NCBI GenBank assembly: GCA_040954595.2
Contig: CM082598.2
Coordinates: 9,191,097-9,255,096 of the forward strand
Length of the DNA stretch: 64,000 nt
Source: Balanoglossus misakiensis
Taxonomy: Eukaryota; Animalia; Hemichordata
Direction of reading: 5' to 3'
Each line of letters opens with the position of its first letter. The first letter of the stretch is position 1. The notes below the pieces were generated by a model. That model did not search any database, was not told the origin of the DNA, and saw only the letters and a list, made by a program, of their open reading frames with translations. This document shows positions 48,400 to 60,600 of this stretch, in pieces. The translations under genes were made by a program, and so were the position numbers.

Positions 48400-50206
48400 G
48401 ATAATTCTTGCTGATAGTGGAAACCTGGGATCCAGTATCTATGAGACAGGAAGTTTCTGTTCCCTCTACGAAGACTTTTCCTTCCATAGCACCACCAATC
48501 AAGCCAGCTCTCTGGGGTTGTACTTGAATGGGTTTTCTTCCTAACTGACCTCGGTATAGTTGGCACATATTGATACGAGGTAGTCCTGACGAACTGTGGC
48601 GATCGGCTTTCTCACAGCATTTCGCAATGTGTCCTCGCTCTCCACATTTGAAACATGATCTGCTGTCTTCTTTCTTGGGTTCCTTACAATGCTTCGCCAT
48701 ATGTCCTTCCTTCCCACAGTTGTAGCACTGAAACGGTTTGGAAGAACTGGTATCTCTCTGGGTCGGTGCTGGACCTGTCTCTGGGGTTCGGTTCAATCCA
48801 CCTCTTTGGAGTTCAAGTTTTTCAACTCGTTCAGCGGTGCGTCTCACTTCGGTTTCCAGACTCTTCATACTCGCTGCTTGGGACTTCACTGTTTCAGCTA
48901 ACCCCTGGATTCCTTCAACTGTCAACTTTATCATCTTCATGGCCTCACTCTCCATATTCTTCCCACTGGAGTTACCACTGTCGTCGGCTGAAGTAACCTG
49001 TTGAGTTCTTCCTATGAATTGCCGTTTGGGTTTCTCATCTCCAGTACGCTCTTTGCCTTCTTGTTCTACATTCCTCGCCAACTGCAGCAGCTCCTCAAAA
49101 GTGGTGTCTTTTCGGACTGCTGAACGAAGTACATCAAACACTCGGTCTGACTTCAGTCCTCGCCAGAAGACAGTTTTGAGAGTTTCATCTATGGCATCGG
49201 GACCAATACCACCTCTTCTGCGGATTTTGTGGATCTCAGCTTCCAGTCTGTTTCCATATTGTGAAACTGTTTCGCTCTCTTTCTGTTTACTGTTGTTGTA
49301 GAATTTCTCCAATAACAGCGCTCCTGTTTCGACTTCCCCGAAACTAATTTCGAGTTTATCCAAAACTTGGTTCAACGTAACATCACTGCCCATATTCATG
49401 ACAAGTCGGCCAGCAGACCCGCGCAGCGATTTCCTGACGGTTTGTACTAAAACTTTCAGGTTGTGAGTGGGATCTTGCCGCAGACAGTCGACTTCGTATT
49501 TCCAGAGCTCAAAATCTACATCCATTTTTCTATCAGGATCGCCCGAGAAAGTGGATAATCGGGGCGGCTGATAAAACGCTACTGGCACAGGGCCAGCATG
49601 TGGGAAACGCGCGGCACCATGGGGAGTCGTAACAATTGCATCGCTCGCTTGCGCTGCCATCGCTCCAGGGGGTGAAGAAACAGTAGGCGTCACACCCTGA
49701 GTCATACTGCTCGCGCCATCACCTGACTTTTCGGTAAAGCCAGATAATGTAGGTGTAGATGGCACAGGTGCTGGCGTATGTGGACCACCAACAGCCATAC
49801 CAGCTGTGTCGCTATCAGACAAAGCCAGCCGTCGACGAATAGCTGATTCGTCTGCGTCTAACTTTTCGCGCTTGATCATCAACTCTTTCAACTTTTCAAT
49901 CTCTGATTCTTTCTGATGCAATGATTTCTCGAGATCATCTAACGTACTAGTCAATCGCTGCTCTCGCGCTATACCCCCAGGGGAGTATCGAACAAAACCC
50001 CGACCCCTGCCAGATTTGACAGTAGTGGTTGTATCAGAAAAACCCTTCCTCGGGGGTGGCACAGTGCCAGTAGGAGTGGACACCTCCCCTTTAATGTTAG
50101 GAATGGACACCTCCCCTTTAATGTTAGAAGTGAGCTCTTCCCCTTTAATGCTAGGAATGGGCATTTCCCCTCTAATGATAGGCTGAAATATGTCACTTTC
50201 GGCCAT
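48392..50206 (-). CDS. gag: Gypsy Gag (PNMA-like capsid, two CCHC knuckles) running into the protease N-half
   Basis: 604 aa. Capsid-like start PRLSTFSG..FELWKYEV, knuckles CYNCGKEGHMAKHC and CFKCGERGHIAKCC. It ends with the aspartic protease motif CLIDTGSQVSTI. Confidence 0.92.
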   Translation of the reverse strand: MAESDIFQPIIRGEMPIPSIKGEELTSNIKGEVSIPNIKGEVSTPTGTVPPPRKGFSDTTTTVKSGRGRGFVRYSPGGIAREQRLTSTLDDLEKSLHQKESEIEKLKELMIKREKLDADESAIRRRLALSDSDTAGMAVGGPHTPAPVPSTPTLSGFTEKSGDGASSMTQGVTPTVSSPPGAMAAQASDAIVTTPHGAARFPHAGPVPVAFYQPPRLSTFSGDPDRKMDVDFELWKYEVDCLRQDPTHNLKVLVQTVRKSLRGSAGRLVMNMGSDVTLNQVLDKLEISFGEVETGALLLEKFYNNSKQKESETVSQYGNRLEAEIHKIRRRGGIGPDAIDETLKTVFWRGLKSDRVFDVLRSAVRKDTTFEELLQLARNVEQEGKERTGDEKPKRQFIGRTQQVTSADDSGNSSGKNMESEAMKMIKLTVEGIQGLAETVKSQAASMKSLETEVRRTAERVEKLELQRGGLNRTPETGPAPTQRDTSSSKPFQCYNCGKEGHMAKHCKEPKKEDSRSCFKCGERGHIAKCCEKADRHSSSGLPRINMCQLYRGQLGRKPIQVQPQRAGLIGGAMEGKVFVEGTETSCLIDTGSQVSTISKNYLR

Positions 50207-50485
50207 ACTACAGTATTTCTATGCAACAAATTGTACAGAAAAATGTCAACGTGTTGCACTCGTCAACTCACTCACTCCAACAAGGACACACAATCCTTTA
50301 TTGAACGACGGACACACATATATGACTCACCTGAGTGTCTGTAAGTCGCCTGTTTAAAGTGAGCTAAATCTACTACTAACTATACTATATTCAAAAATCA
50401 GTGTCTGTCTCAATATATATCCCTGTCAAACGCCGTATATCTGTCTCTGGTACGTCAACACACTAACGAACTACCAAACCCTCAA

Positions 50486-50507
50486 GCCCCACTTGTTTTG
50501 GGCGCCA
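50486..50507 (-). promoter_or_regulatory. primer-binding site, tRNA-Lys(CTT)-like, interrupted
   Basis: Minus strand TGGCGCCCAAAACAAGTGGGGC, 5 nt from the 5' LTR. The canonical tRNA-Lys PBS is TGGCGCCCAACGTGGGGC. Confidence 0.8.
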
Positions 50508-50512
50508 TCTGA

Positions 50513-51639
50513 TGTAACCCGTTTCTTGCCGGACAATGGTCTAACAAGTACGTAGCTACAGCAAAAGATCTCTCTCTCTTTCAATTGGGCATCGGTCTGA
50601 GGTTTGGCTGCTGACATGGGTACACAGATACAGCATCAGCGTTCTTACGGACAGGGGGATTGAAACAGACACACCACACACTGATTTCTTTCTGTGAAAA
50701 CACTATAATATCTCTCTGAAACACATTCAAAGCACAACAAGAAACTCTAGAAAAATGCACGCTATATATGAAATAAAGTGTTCAATGTCTCTACTGTCTC
50801 TGTCAATGTATACTCAGCTGCACTGTTCGCTGTGTAGACAACAGTTCTGCAATCCAACGACGATCGACGAAACTCTTCTCAAACTACACGAAAGTCAAGT
50901 TCAGCTAAATCAGCAACATATCGGCGAAACCCTCAGAAACGTCGAGTTCGGGACATCAACAACAAATCGGCGAAACCCTCAGAAATAGCGGCAGCCATCT
51001 GGAAAAGTTCTGGAATCTTCTCGGGCGATGTTCGGATCACATCGAGCGAGATCGGCAAGCACGTACATCTCACCTAGCTAGTTCAACTGGAAAGTTCTCG
51101 ATCAATTTCAGAAATCGAAATCGAAATCGAAAGTTCTCAAAATACTATATCTCGCTCTTGCCCTCTGGAACTGGTGAATAGTCGAACCGCTCCAGGGACA
51201 TTCACGACTCGGTACGTCGACTCCGGCCTAAATCTACGCCAGATCGACTCATCAAAAACTCTCTCGAACTTCGGATCAAAACTCTACAAAACTACTCACT
51301 ATCAGCCATCACGCCATAGACACTTGACAGCGCGTAGTGATATGTGACAAGCTCGCTAAGATTTGTAAAAATAATAGCGCACATCATGTGAGCTTGCAAC
51401 TACACCATCAAATTACAGAAAATACTTCAGTCTACAGAAAAGTAATAGTGATTCGTCATCAAATCATCGTACAGACATACACAGTCAAATACAACATAGA
51501 ACTACTTTCTCATCGTCACATGATGCCCAATGCTCAAAAATGAGATATATGTGAATAATACAGGGATGCGGCTCTGATCGTGGCAATGGCTATAGCGCCA
51601 AACAGTGACTAAATACCACGAGGATTTAAAGCCTCTACA
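50513..51639 (-). repeat. 5' LTR
   Basis: Direct repeat of 42154-43280; only two substitutions were noticed by eye. Confidence 0.97.
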
Positions 51640-54600
51640 AAAGGTATACAAAGATACCATTAATCACGTGCTAGTCAGTGTCACAGCACATGGTCACAGT
51701 TTTTCTTGCCCCCCGTTGGCAGTTCAGTTTCATATGAAAGGTATACAAAGATACCATTAACCACATGCTAGTCAGTGTCACAGCACATGGTCACAGTTTT
51801 TCTTGCCCCCAGTTGGCAGTTCAGTTTCATATGGAAGGTATTTAAAAGTACCATTAATCATGTGCTAGTCAGTGTCACAGCACATGGTCACAGTTTTTCT
51901 TGCCCCCCGTTGGCAGTTCAGTTTCATATGAAAGGTATACAAAGATACCATTAACCACATGCTAGTCAGTGTCACAGCACATGGTCACAGTTTTTCTTGC
52001 CCCCAGTTGGCAGTTCAGTTTCATATGAAAGGTATACAAAGATACCATTAACCACGTGCTAGTCAGTGTCACAGCACATGGTCACAGTTTTTCTTGCCCC
52101 CAGTTGGCAGTTCAGTTTCATATGAAAGGTATACTAAGATACCATTCACCACGTGCTAGTCAGTGTCACAGCACATGGTCACAGTTTTTCTTGCCCCCCG
52201 TTGGCAGTTCAGTTTCATATGGAAGGTATACAAAGATACCATTAATCACGTGCTAGTCAGTGTCACAGCACATGGTCACGGTTTTTCATGCCCCCCGTTG
52301 GCAGTTCAGTTTCATATGAAAGGTATACAAAGATACCATTAATCACATGCTAGTCAGTGTCACAGCACATGGTCACAGTTTTTCTTGCCCCCAGTTGGCA
52401 GTTCAGTTTCATATGAAAGGTATACAAAGATACCATTAACCACATGCTAGTCAGTGTCACAGCACATGGTCACAGTTTTTCTTGCCCCCAGTTGGCAGTT
52501 CAGTTTCATATGGAAGGTATTTAAAAGTACCATTAATCATGTGCTAGTCAGTGTCACAGCACATGGTCACAGTTTTTCTTGCCCCCCGTTGGCAGTTCAG
52601 TTTCATATGGAAGGTATTTAAAGGTACCATTAACCACGTGCTGGTCAGTGTCACAGCACATGGTCACAGTTTTTCTTGCCCCCAGTTGGCATTTCAGTTT
52701 CATATGAAAGGTATACAAAGATACCATTAACCACATGCTAATCAGTTTCACAGCACATGGTCACAGTTTTTCTTTCCCCCAGTTGGCAGTTCAGTTTCAT
52801 ATGTAAGGTATACTAAGATACCATTCACCACGTGCTAGTCAGTGTCACAGCACATGGTCACAGTTTTTCTTGCCCCAAGTTGGCAGTTCAGTTTCATATG
52901 GAAGGTATTTAAAGGTACCATTAATCATGTGCTAGTCAGTGTCACAGCCCATGGTCACAGTTTTTCTTGCCCCCAGATGGCAGTTCAGTTTCATATGAAA
53001 GGTATACAAAGATAACATTTACCACGTGCTAGTCAGTGTCACAGCACATGGCCACAGTTTTTCTTGCCCCCAGTTGGCAGTTCAGTTTCATATGAAAGGT
53101 ATACAAAGATAACATTAACCACGTGCTAGTCAGTGTCACAGCACATGGTCACAGTTTTTCTTGCCCCCAGTTGGCAGTTCAGTTTCATATGAAAGGTATA
53201 CAAAGATACCATTAACCACAAGCTAGTCAGTTTCACAGCACATGGTCACAGTTTTTCTTGCCCCCAGTTGGCAGTTCAGTTTCATATGAAAGGTATACAA
53301 AGATACCATTAATCACGTGCTAGTCAGTGTCACAGCACATGGTCACAGTTTTTTCTTGCCCCCAGTTGGCAGTTCAGTTTCATATGGAAGGTATTTAAAG
53401 GTACCATTAACCACGAGCTAGTAAGTGTCACAGCACATGGTCACAGTTTTTCTTGCCCCCAGTTGGCATTTCAGTTTCATATGAAAGGTATACAAAGATA
53501 CCATTAACCACATGCTAATCAGTTTCACAGCACATGGTCACAGTTTTTCTTTCCCCCAGTTGGCAGTTCAGTTTCATATGTAAGGTATACTAAGATACCA
53601 TTCACCACGTGCTAGTCAGTGTCACAGCACATGGTCACAGTTTTTCTTGCCCCCCGTTGGCAGTTCAGTTTCATATGAAAGGTATACAAAGATACCATTC
53701 ACCACGTGCTAGTCAGTGTCACAGCACATAGTCACAGTTTTTCTTGCCCCCCGTTGGCAGTTCAGTTTCATATGAAAGGTATACAAAGATAACATTAACC
53801 ACGTGCTAGTCAGTGTCACAGCACATGGTCACAGTTTTTCTTGCCCCCAGTTAGCAGTTCAGTTTCATATGTAAGGTATACTAAGATACCATTCACCACG
53901 TGCTAGTCAGTGTCACAGCACATGGTCACAGTTTTTCTTGCCCCAAGTTGGCAGTTCAGTTTCATATGGAAGGTATTTAAAAGTACCATTAATCATGTGC
54001 TAGTCAGTGTCACAGCACATGGTCACAGTTTTTCTTGCCCCCAGTTGGCAGTTCAGTTTCATATGAAAGGTATACAAAGATAACATTAACCACGTGCTAG
54101 TCAGTGTCACAGCACATGGTCACAGTTTTTCTTGCCCCCAGTTGGCAGTTCAGTTTCATATGAAAGGTATACAAAGATACCATTAATCACGTGCTAGTCA
54201 GTGTCACAGCACATGGTCACAGTCACAGCACATGGTCACAGTTTTTCTTGCCCCCAGTTGGCAGTTCAGTTTCATATAAAAGGTATACAAAGATACCATT
54301 AACCACATGCTAGTCAGTTTCACAGCACATGGTCACAATTTTTCTTGCCCCCAGTTGGCAGTTCAGTTTCATATGAAAGGTATACAAAGATACCATTAAT
54401 CACGTGCTAGTCAGTGTCACAGCACATGGTCACAGTTTTTTCTTGCCCCCAGTTGGCAGTTCAGTTTCATATGGAAGGTATTTAAAGGTACCATTAACCA
54501 CGTGCTAGTAAGTGTCACAGCACATGGTCACAGTTTTTCTTGCCCCCAGTTGGCATTTCAGTTTCATATGAAAGGTATACAAAGATACCATTAACCACAT

Positions 54601-57600
54601 GCTAGTCAGTGTCACAGCACATGGTCACAGTTTTTCTTGCCCCCAGTTGGCAGTTCAGTTTCATATGAAAGGTATACAAAGATACCATTAATCACGTGCT
54701 AGTCAGTGTCACAGCACATGGTCACAGTTTTTCTTGCCCCCAGTTGGCAGTTCAGTTTCATATGAAAGGTATACAAAGATACCATTAACCACGTGCTAGT
54801 CAATGTCACAGCACATGGTCACAGTTTTTCTTGCCCCCAGTTGGCAGTTCAGTTTCATATGAAAGGTATACAAAGATAACATTAACCACGTGCTAGTCAG
54901 TGTCACAGCACATGGTCACAGTTTTTCTTGCCCCCAGTTGGCAGTTCAGTTTCATATGAAAGGTATACAAAGATACCATTAACCACATGCTAATCAGTTT
55001 CACAGCACATGTTCACAGTTTTTCTTTCCCCCAGTTAGCAGTTCAGTTTCATATGTAAGGTATACTAAGATACCATTCACCACGTGCTAGTCAGTGTCAC
55101 AGCACATGGTCACAGTTTTTCTTGCCCCAAGTTGGCAGTTCAGTTTCATATGAAAGGTATACACAGATAACATTAACCACGTGCTAGTCAGTGTCACAGC
55201 ACATGGTCACAGTTTTTCTTGCCCCCAGTTGGCAGTTCAGTTTCATATGAAAGGTATACACAGATAACATTAACCACGTGCTAGTCAGTGTCACAGCACA
55301 TGGTCACAGTTTTTCTTGCCCCCAGTTGGCAGTTCAGTTTCATATGAAAGGTATACAAAGATACCATTAACCACGTGCTAGTCAATGTCACAGCACATGG
55401 TCACAGTTTTTCTTGCCCCCAGTTGGCAGTTCAGTTTCATATGAAAGGTATACAAAGATAACATTAACCACGTGCTAGTCAGTGTCACAGCACATGGTCA
55501 CAGTTTTTCTTGCCCCCAGTTGGCAGTTCAGTTTCATATGTAAGGTATACTAAGATACCATTAACCACGTGCTAGTCAGTGTCACAGCACATGGTCACAG
55601 TTTTTCTTGCCCCCCGTTGGCAGTTCAGTTTCATATGAAAGGTATACAAAGATACCATTAACCACATGCTAGTCAGTGTCACAGCACATGGTCACAGTTT
55701 TTCTTGCCCCCAGTTGGCAGTTCAGTTTCATATGAAAGGTATACAAAGATAACATTAACCACGTGCTAGTCAGTGTCACAGCACATGGTCACAGTTTTTC
55801 TTGCCCCCAGTTGGCAGTTCAGTTTCATATGAAAGGTATACAAAGATACCATTAACCACATGCTAGTCAGTTTCACAGCACATGGTCACAGTTTTTCTTG
55901 CCCCCAGTTGGCAGTTCAGTTTCATATGAAAGGTATACAAAGATACCATAAACAACGTGCTAGTCAGTGTCACAGCACATGGTCACAGTTTTTCTTGCCC
56001 CCAGTTGGCAGTTCAGTTTCATATGAAAGGTATACTAAGATACCATTAACCACATGCTAGTCAGTTTCACAGCACATGGTCACAGTTTTTCTTGCCCCCA
56101 GTTGGCAGTTCAGTTTCATATGTAAGGTATACTAAGATACCATTCACCACGTGCTAGTCAGTGTCACAGCACATGGTCACAGTTTTTCTTGCCCCCAGTT
56201 GGCAGTTCAGTTTCATATGGAAGGTATTTAAAGGTACCATTAACCACGTGCTAGTAAGTGTCACAGCACATGGTCACAGTTTTTCTTGCCCCCCGTTGGC
56301 AGTTCAGTTTCATATGTAAGGTATACTAAGATACCATTCACCACGTGCTAGTCAGTGTCACAGCACATGGTCACAGTTTTTCTTGCCCCCCGTTGGCAGT
56401 TCAGTTTCATATGTAAGGTATACTAAGATACCATTCACCACGTGCTAGTCATTGTCACAGCACATGGTCAGTTTTTCTTGCCCCAAGTTGGCAGTTCAGT
56501 TTCATATGGAACGTATTTAAAGGTACCATTAACCACGTGCTAGTCAGTGTCACAGCACATGGTCAGTTTTTCTTTCCCCCCGTTCGCAGTTCAGTTTCAT
56601 GTAAAAGGTATACAAAGATACCATTAACCACGTGCTAGTCAGTGTCACAGCACATGGTAACAGTTTTTCTTGCCCCCCGTTGGCAGTTCAGTTTCATATG
56701 AAAGGTATACAAAGATACCATTAATCACGTGCTAGTCAGTGTCACAGCACATGGTCACAGTTTTTCTTGCCCCCCGTTGGCAGTTCAGTTTCATATGAAA
56801 GGTATACAAAGATACCATTAATCACATGCTAGTCAGTGTCACAGCACATGGTCACAGTTTTTCTTGCCCCCAGTTGGCAGTTCAGTTTCATATGAAAGGT
56901 ATACAAAGATACCATTAACCACATGCTAGTCAGTGTCACAGCACATGGTCACAGTTTTTCTTGCCCCCAGTTGGCAGTTCAGTTTCATATGAAAGGTATA
57001 CAAAGATACCATTAATCACGTGCTAGTCAGTGTCACAGCACATGGTCACAGTTTTTTCTTGCCCCCAGTTGGCAGTTCAGTTTCATATGAAAGGTATACA
57101 AAGATAACATTAACCACGTGCTAGTCAGTGTCACAGCACATGGTCACAGTTTTTCTTGCCCCCAGTTGGCATTTCAGTTTCATATGAAAGGTATACAAAG
57201 ATACCATTAACCACATGCTAGTCAGTTTCACAGCACATGGTCAGAGTTTTTATTGCCCCCAGTTGGCAGTTCAGTTTCATATGTAAGGTATACTAAGATA
57301 CCATTCACCACGTGCTAGTCAGTGTCACAGCACATGGTCACAGTTTTTCTTTCCCCCAGCTGGCAGTTCAGTTTCATATGTAAGGTATACTAAGATACCA
57401 TTCACCACGTGCTAGTCAGTGTCACAGCACATGGTCACAGTGTTTCTTGCCCCAAGTTGGCAGTTCAGTTTCATATGTAAGGTATACTAAGATACCATTC
57501 ACCACGTGCTAGTCAGTGTCACAGCACATGGTCACAGTGTTTCTTGCCCCAAGTTGGCAGTTCAGTTTCATATGGAAGGTATACTAAGATACCATTCACC

Positions 57601-60600
57601 ACGTGCTAGTCAGTGTCACAGCACATGGTCACAGTGTTTCTTGCCCCAAGTTGGCAGTTCAGTTTCATATGTAAGGTATACTAAGATACCATTCACCACG
57701 TGCTAGTCAGTGTCACAGCACATGGTCACAGTGTTTCTTGCCCCAAGTTGGCAGTTCAGTTTCATATGTAAGGTATACTAAGATACCATTCACCACGTGC
57801 TAGTCAGTGTCACAGCACATGGTCACAGTGTTTCTTGCCCCAAGTTGGCAGTTCAGTTTCATATGTAAGGTATACTAAGATACCATTCACCACGTGCTAG
57901 TCAGTGTCACAGCACATGGTCACAGTGTTTCTTGCCCCAAGTTGGCAGTTCAGTTTCATATGTAAGGTATACTAAGATACCATTCACCACGTGCTAGTCA
58001 GTGTCACAGCACATGGTCACAGTGTTTCTTGCCCCAAGTTGGCAGTTCAGTTTCATATGTAAGGTATACTAAGATACCATTCACCACGTGCTAGTCAGTG
58101 TCACAGCACATGGTCACAGTGTTTCTTGCCCCAAGTTGGCAGTTCAGTTTCATATGTAAGGTATACTAAGATACCATTCACCACGTGCTAGTCAGTGTCA
58201 CAGCACATGGTCACAGTGTTTCTTGCCCCAAGTTGGCAGTTCAGTTTCATATGGAAGGTATACTAAGATACCATTCACCACGTGCTAGTCAGTGTCACAG
58301 CACATGGTCACAGTGTTTCTTGCCCCAAGTTGGCAGTTCAGTTTCATATGGAAGGTATACTAAGATACCATTCACCACGTGCTAGTCAGTGTCACAGCAC
58401 ATGGTCACAGTTTTTCTTTCCCCCAGCTGGCAGTTTAGTTTCATATGTAAGGTATACTAAGATACCATTCACCACGTGCTAGTCAGTGTCACAGCACATG
58501 GTCACAGTGTTTCTTGCCCCAAGTTGGCAGTTCAGTTTCATATGTAAGGTATACTAAGATACCATTCACCACGTGCTAGTCAGTGTCACAGCACATGGTC
58601 ACAGTGTTTCTTGCCCCAAGTTGGCAGTTCAGTTTCATATGTAAGGTATACTAAGATACCATTCACCACGTGCTAGTCAGTGTCACAGCACATGGTCACA
58701 GTTTTTCTTGCCCCCAGTTGGCAGTTCAGTTTCATATGTAAGGTATACTAAGATACCATTCACCACGTGCTAGTCAGTGTCACAGCACATGGTCACAGTG
58801 TTTCTTGCCCCAAGTTGGCAGTTCAGTTTCATATGGAAGGTATTTAAAGGTACCATTAATCATGTGCTAGTCAGTGTCACAGCACATGGTCACAGTTTTT
58901 CTTGCCCCCAGTTGGCAGTTCAGTTTCATATGAAAGGTATACAAAGATAACATTAACCACGTGCTAGTCAGTGTCACAGCACATGGCCACAGTTTTTCTT
59001 GCCCCCCGTTGGCAGTTCAGTTTCATATGTAAGGTATACTAAGATACCATTCACCACGTGCTAGTCAGTGTCACAGCACATGGTCACAGTTTTTCTTTCC
59101 CCCAGCTGGCAGTTCAGTTTCATATGTAAGGTATACTAAGATACCATTCACCACGTGCTAGTCAGTGTCACAGCACATGGTCACAGTGTTTCTTGCCCCA
59201 AGTTGGCAGTTCAGTTTCATATGGAAGGTATTTAAAGGTACCATTAATCATGTGCTAGTCAGTGTCACAGCACATGGTCACAGTTTTTCTTGCCCCCAGT
59301 TGGCAGTTCAGTTTCATATGAAAGGTATACAAAGATAACATTAACCACGTGCTAGTCAGTGTCACAGCACATGGCCACAGTTTTTCTTGCCCCCAGTTGG
59401 CAGTTCAGTTTCATATGAAAGGTATACAAAGATACCATTAACTACGTGCTAGTCAGTGTCACAGCACATGGTCACAGTTTTTCTTGCCCCCAGTTGGCAG
59501 TTCAGTTTCATGTGAAAGGTATACAAAGATAACATTAACCACGTGCTAGTCAGTGTCACAGCACATGGTCACAGTTTTTCTTGCCCCCAGTTGGCAGTTC
59601 AGTTTCATATGAAAGGTATACAAAGATACCATTAATCACGTGCTAGTCAGTGTCACAGCACATGGTCACAGTTTTTCTTGCCCCCAGTTGGCATTTCAGT
59701 TTCATATGAAAGGTATACAAAGATACCATTAACCACATGCTAATCAGTTTCACAGCACATGGTCACAGTTTTTCTTTCCCCCAGTTGGCAGTTCAGTTTC
59801 AATTGTAAGGTATACTAAGATACCATTCACCACGTGCTAGTCAGTGTCACAGCACATGGTCACAGTTTTTCTTGCCCCCAGTTGGCAGTTCAGTTTCATA
59901 TGAAAGGTATACAAAGATAACATTAACCACGTGCTAGTCAGTGTCACAGCACATGGTCACAGTTTTTCTTGCCCCCAGTTGGCAGTTCAGTTTCATATGA
60001 AAGGTATACAAAGATACCATTAATCACGTGCTAGTCAGTGTCACAGCACATGGTCACAGTTTTTCTTGCCCCCAGTTGGCATTTCAGTTTCATATGAAAG
60101 GTAATCAAAGATACCATTAACCACATGCTAGTCAGTGTCACAGCACATGGTCACAGTTTTTCTTGCCCCCAGTTGGCAGTTCAGTTTCATATGAAAGGTA
60201 TACAAAGATAACATTAACCACGTGCTAGTCAGTGTCACAGCACATGGTCACAGTTTTTCTTGCCCCCAGTTGGCAGTTCAGTTTCATATGAAAGGTATAC
60301 AAAGATACCATTAATCACGTGCTAGTCAGTGTCACAGCACATGGTCACAGTTTTTCTTGCCCCCAGTTGGCATTTCAGTTTCATATGAAAGGTAATCAAA
60401 GATACCATTAATCACGTGCTAGTCAGTGTCACAGCACATGGTCACAGTTTTTCTTGCCCCCAGTTGGCAGTTCAGTTTCATATGAAAGGTATACAAAGAT
60501 ACCATTAATCACGTGCTAGTCAGTGTCACAGCACATGGTCACAGTTTTTCTTGCCCCCAGTTGGCAGTTCAGTTTCATATGAAAGGTAATCAAAGATACC

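Larger units (their letters stand above)
42154..51639 (-). mobile_element. full-length Ty3/Gypsy LTR retrotransposon (9486 bp) inserted in the 97-bp satellite
   Basis: Two 1127-bp TG..CA LTRs, 4-bp TSD AAAG (42150-42153 and 51640-51643), PBS, PPT, gag, and pol in PR-RT-RH-IN order. Confidence 0.97.
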
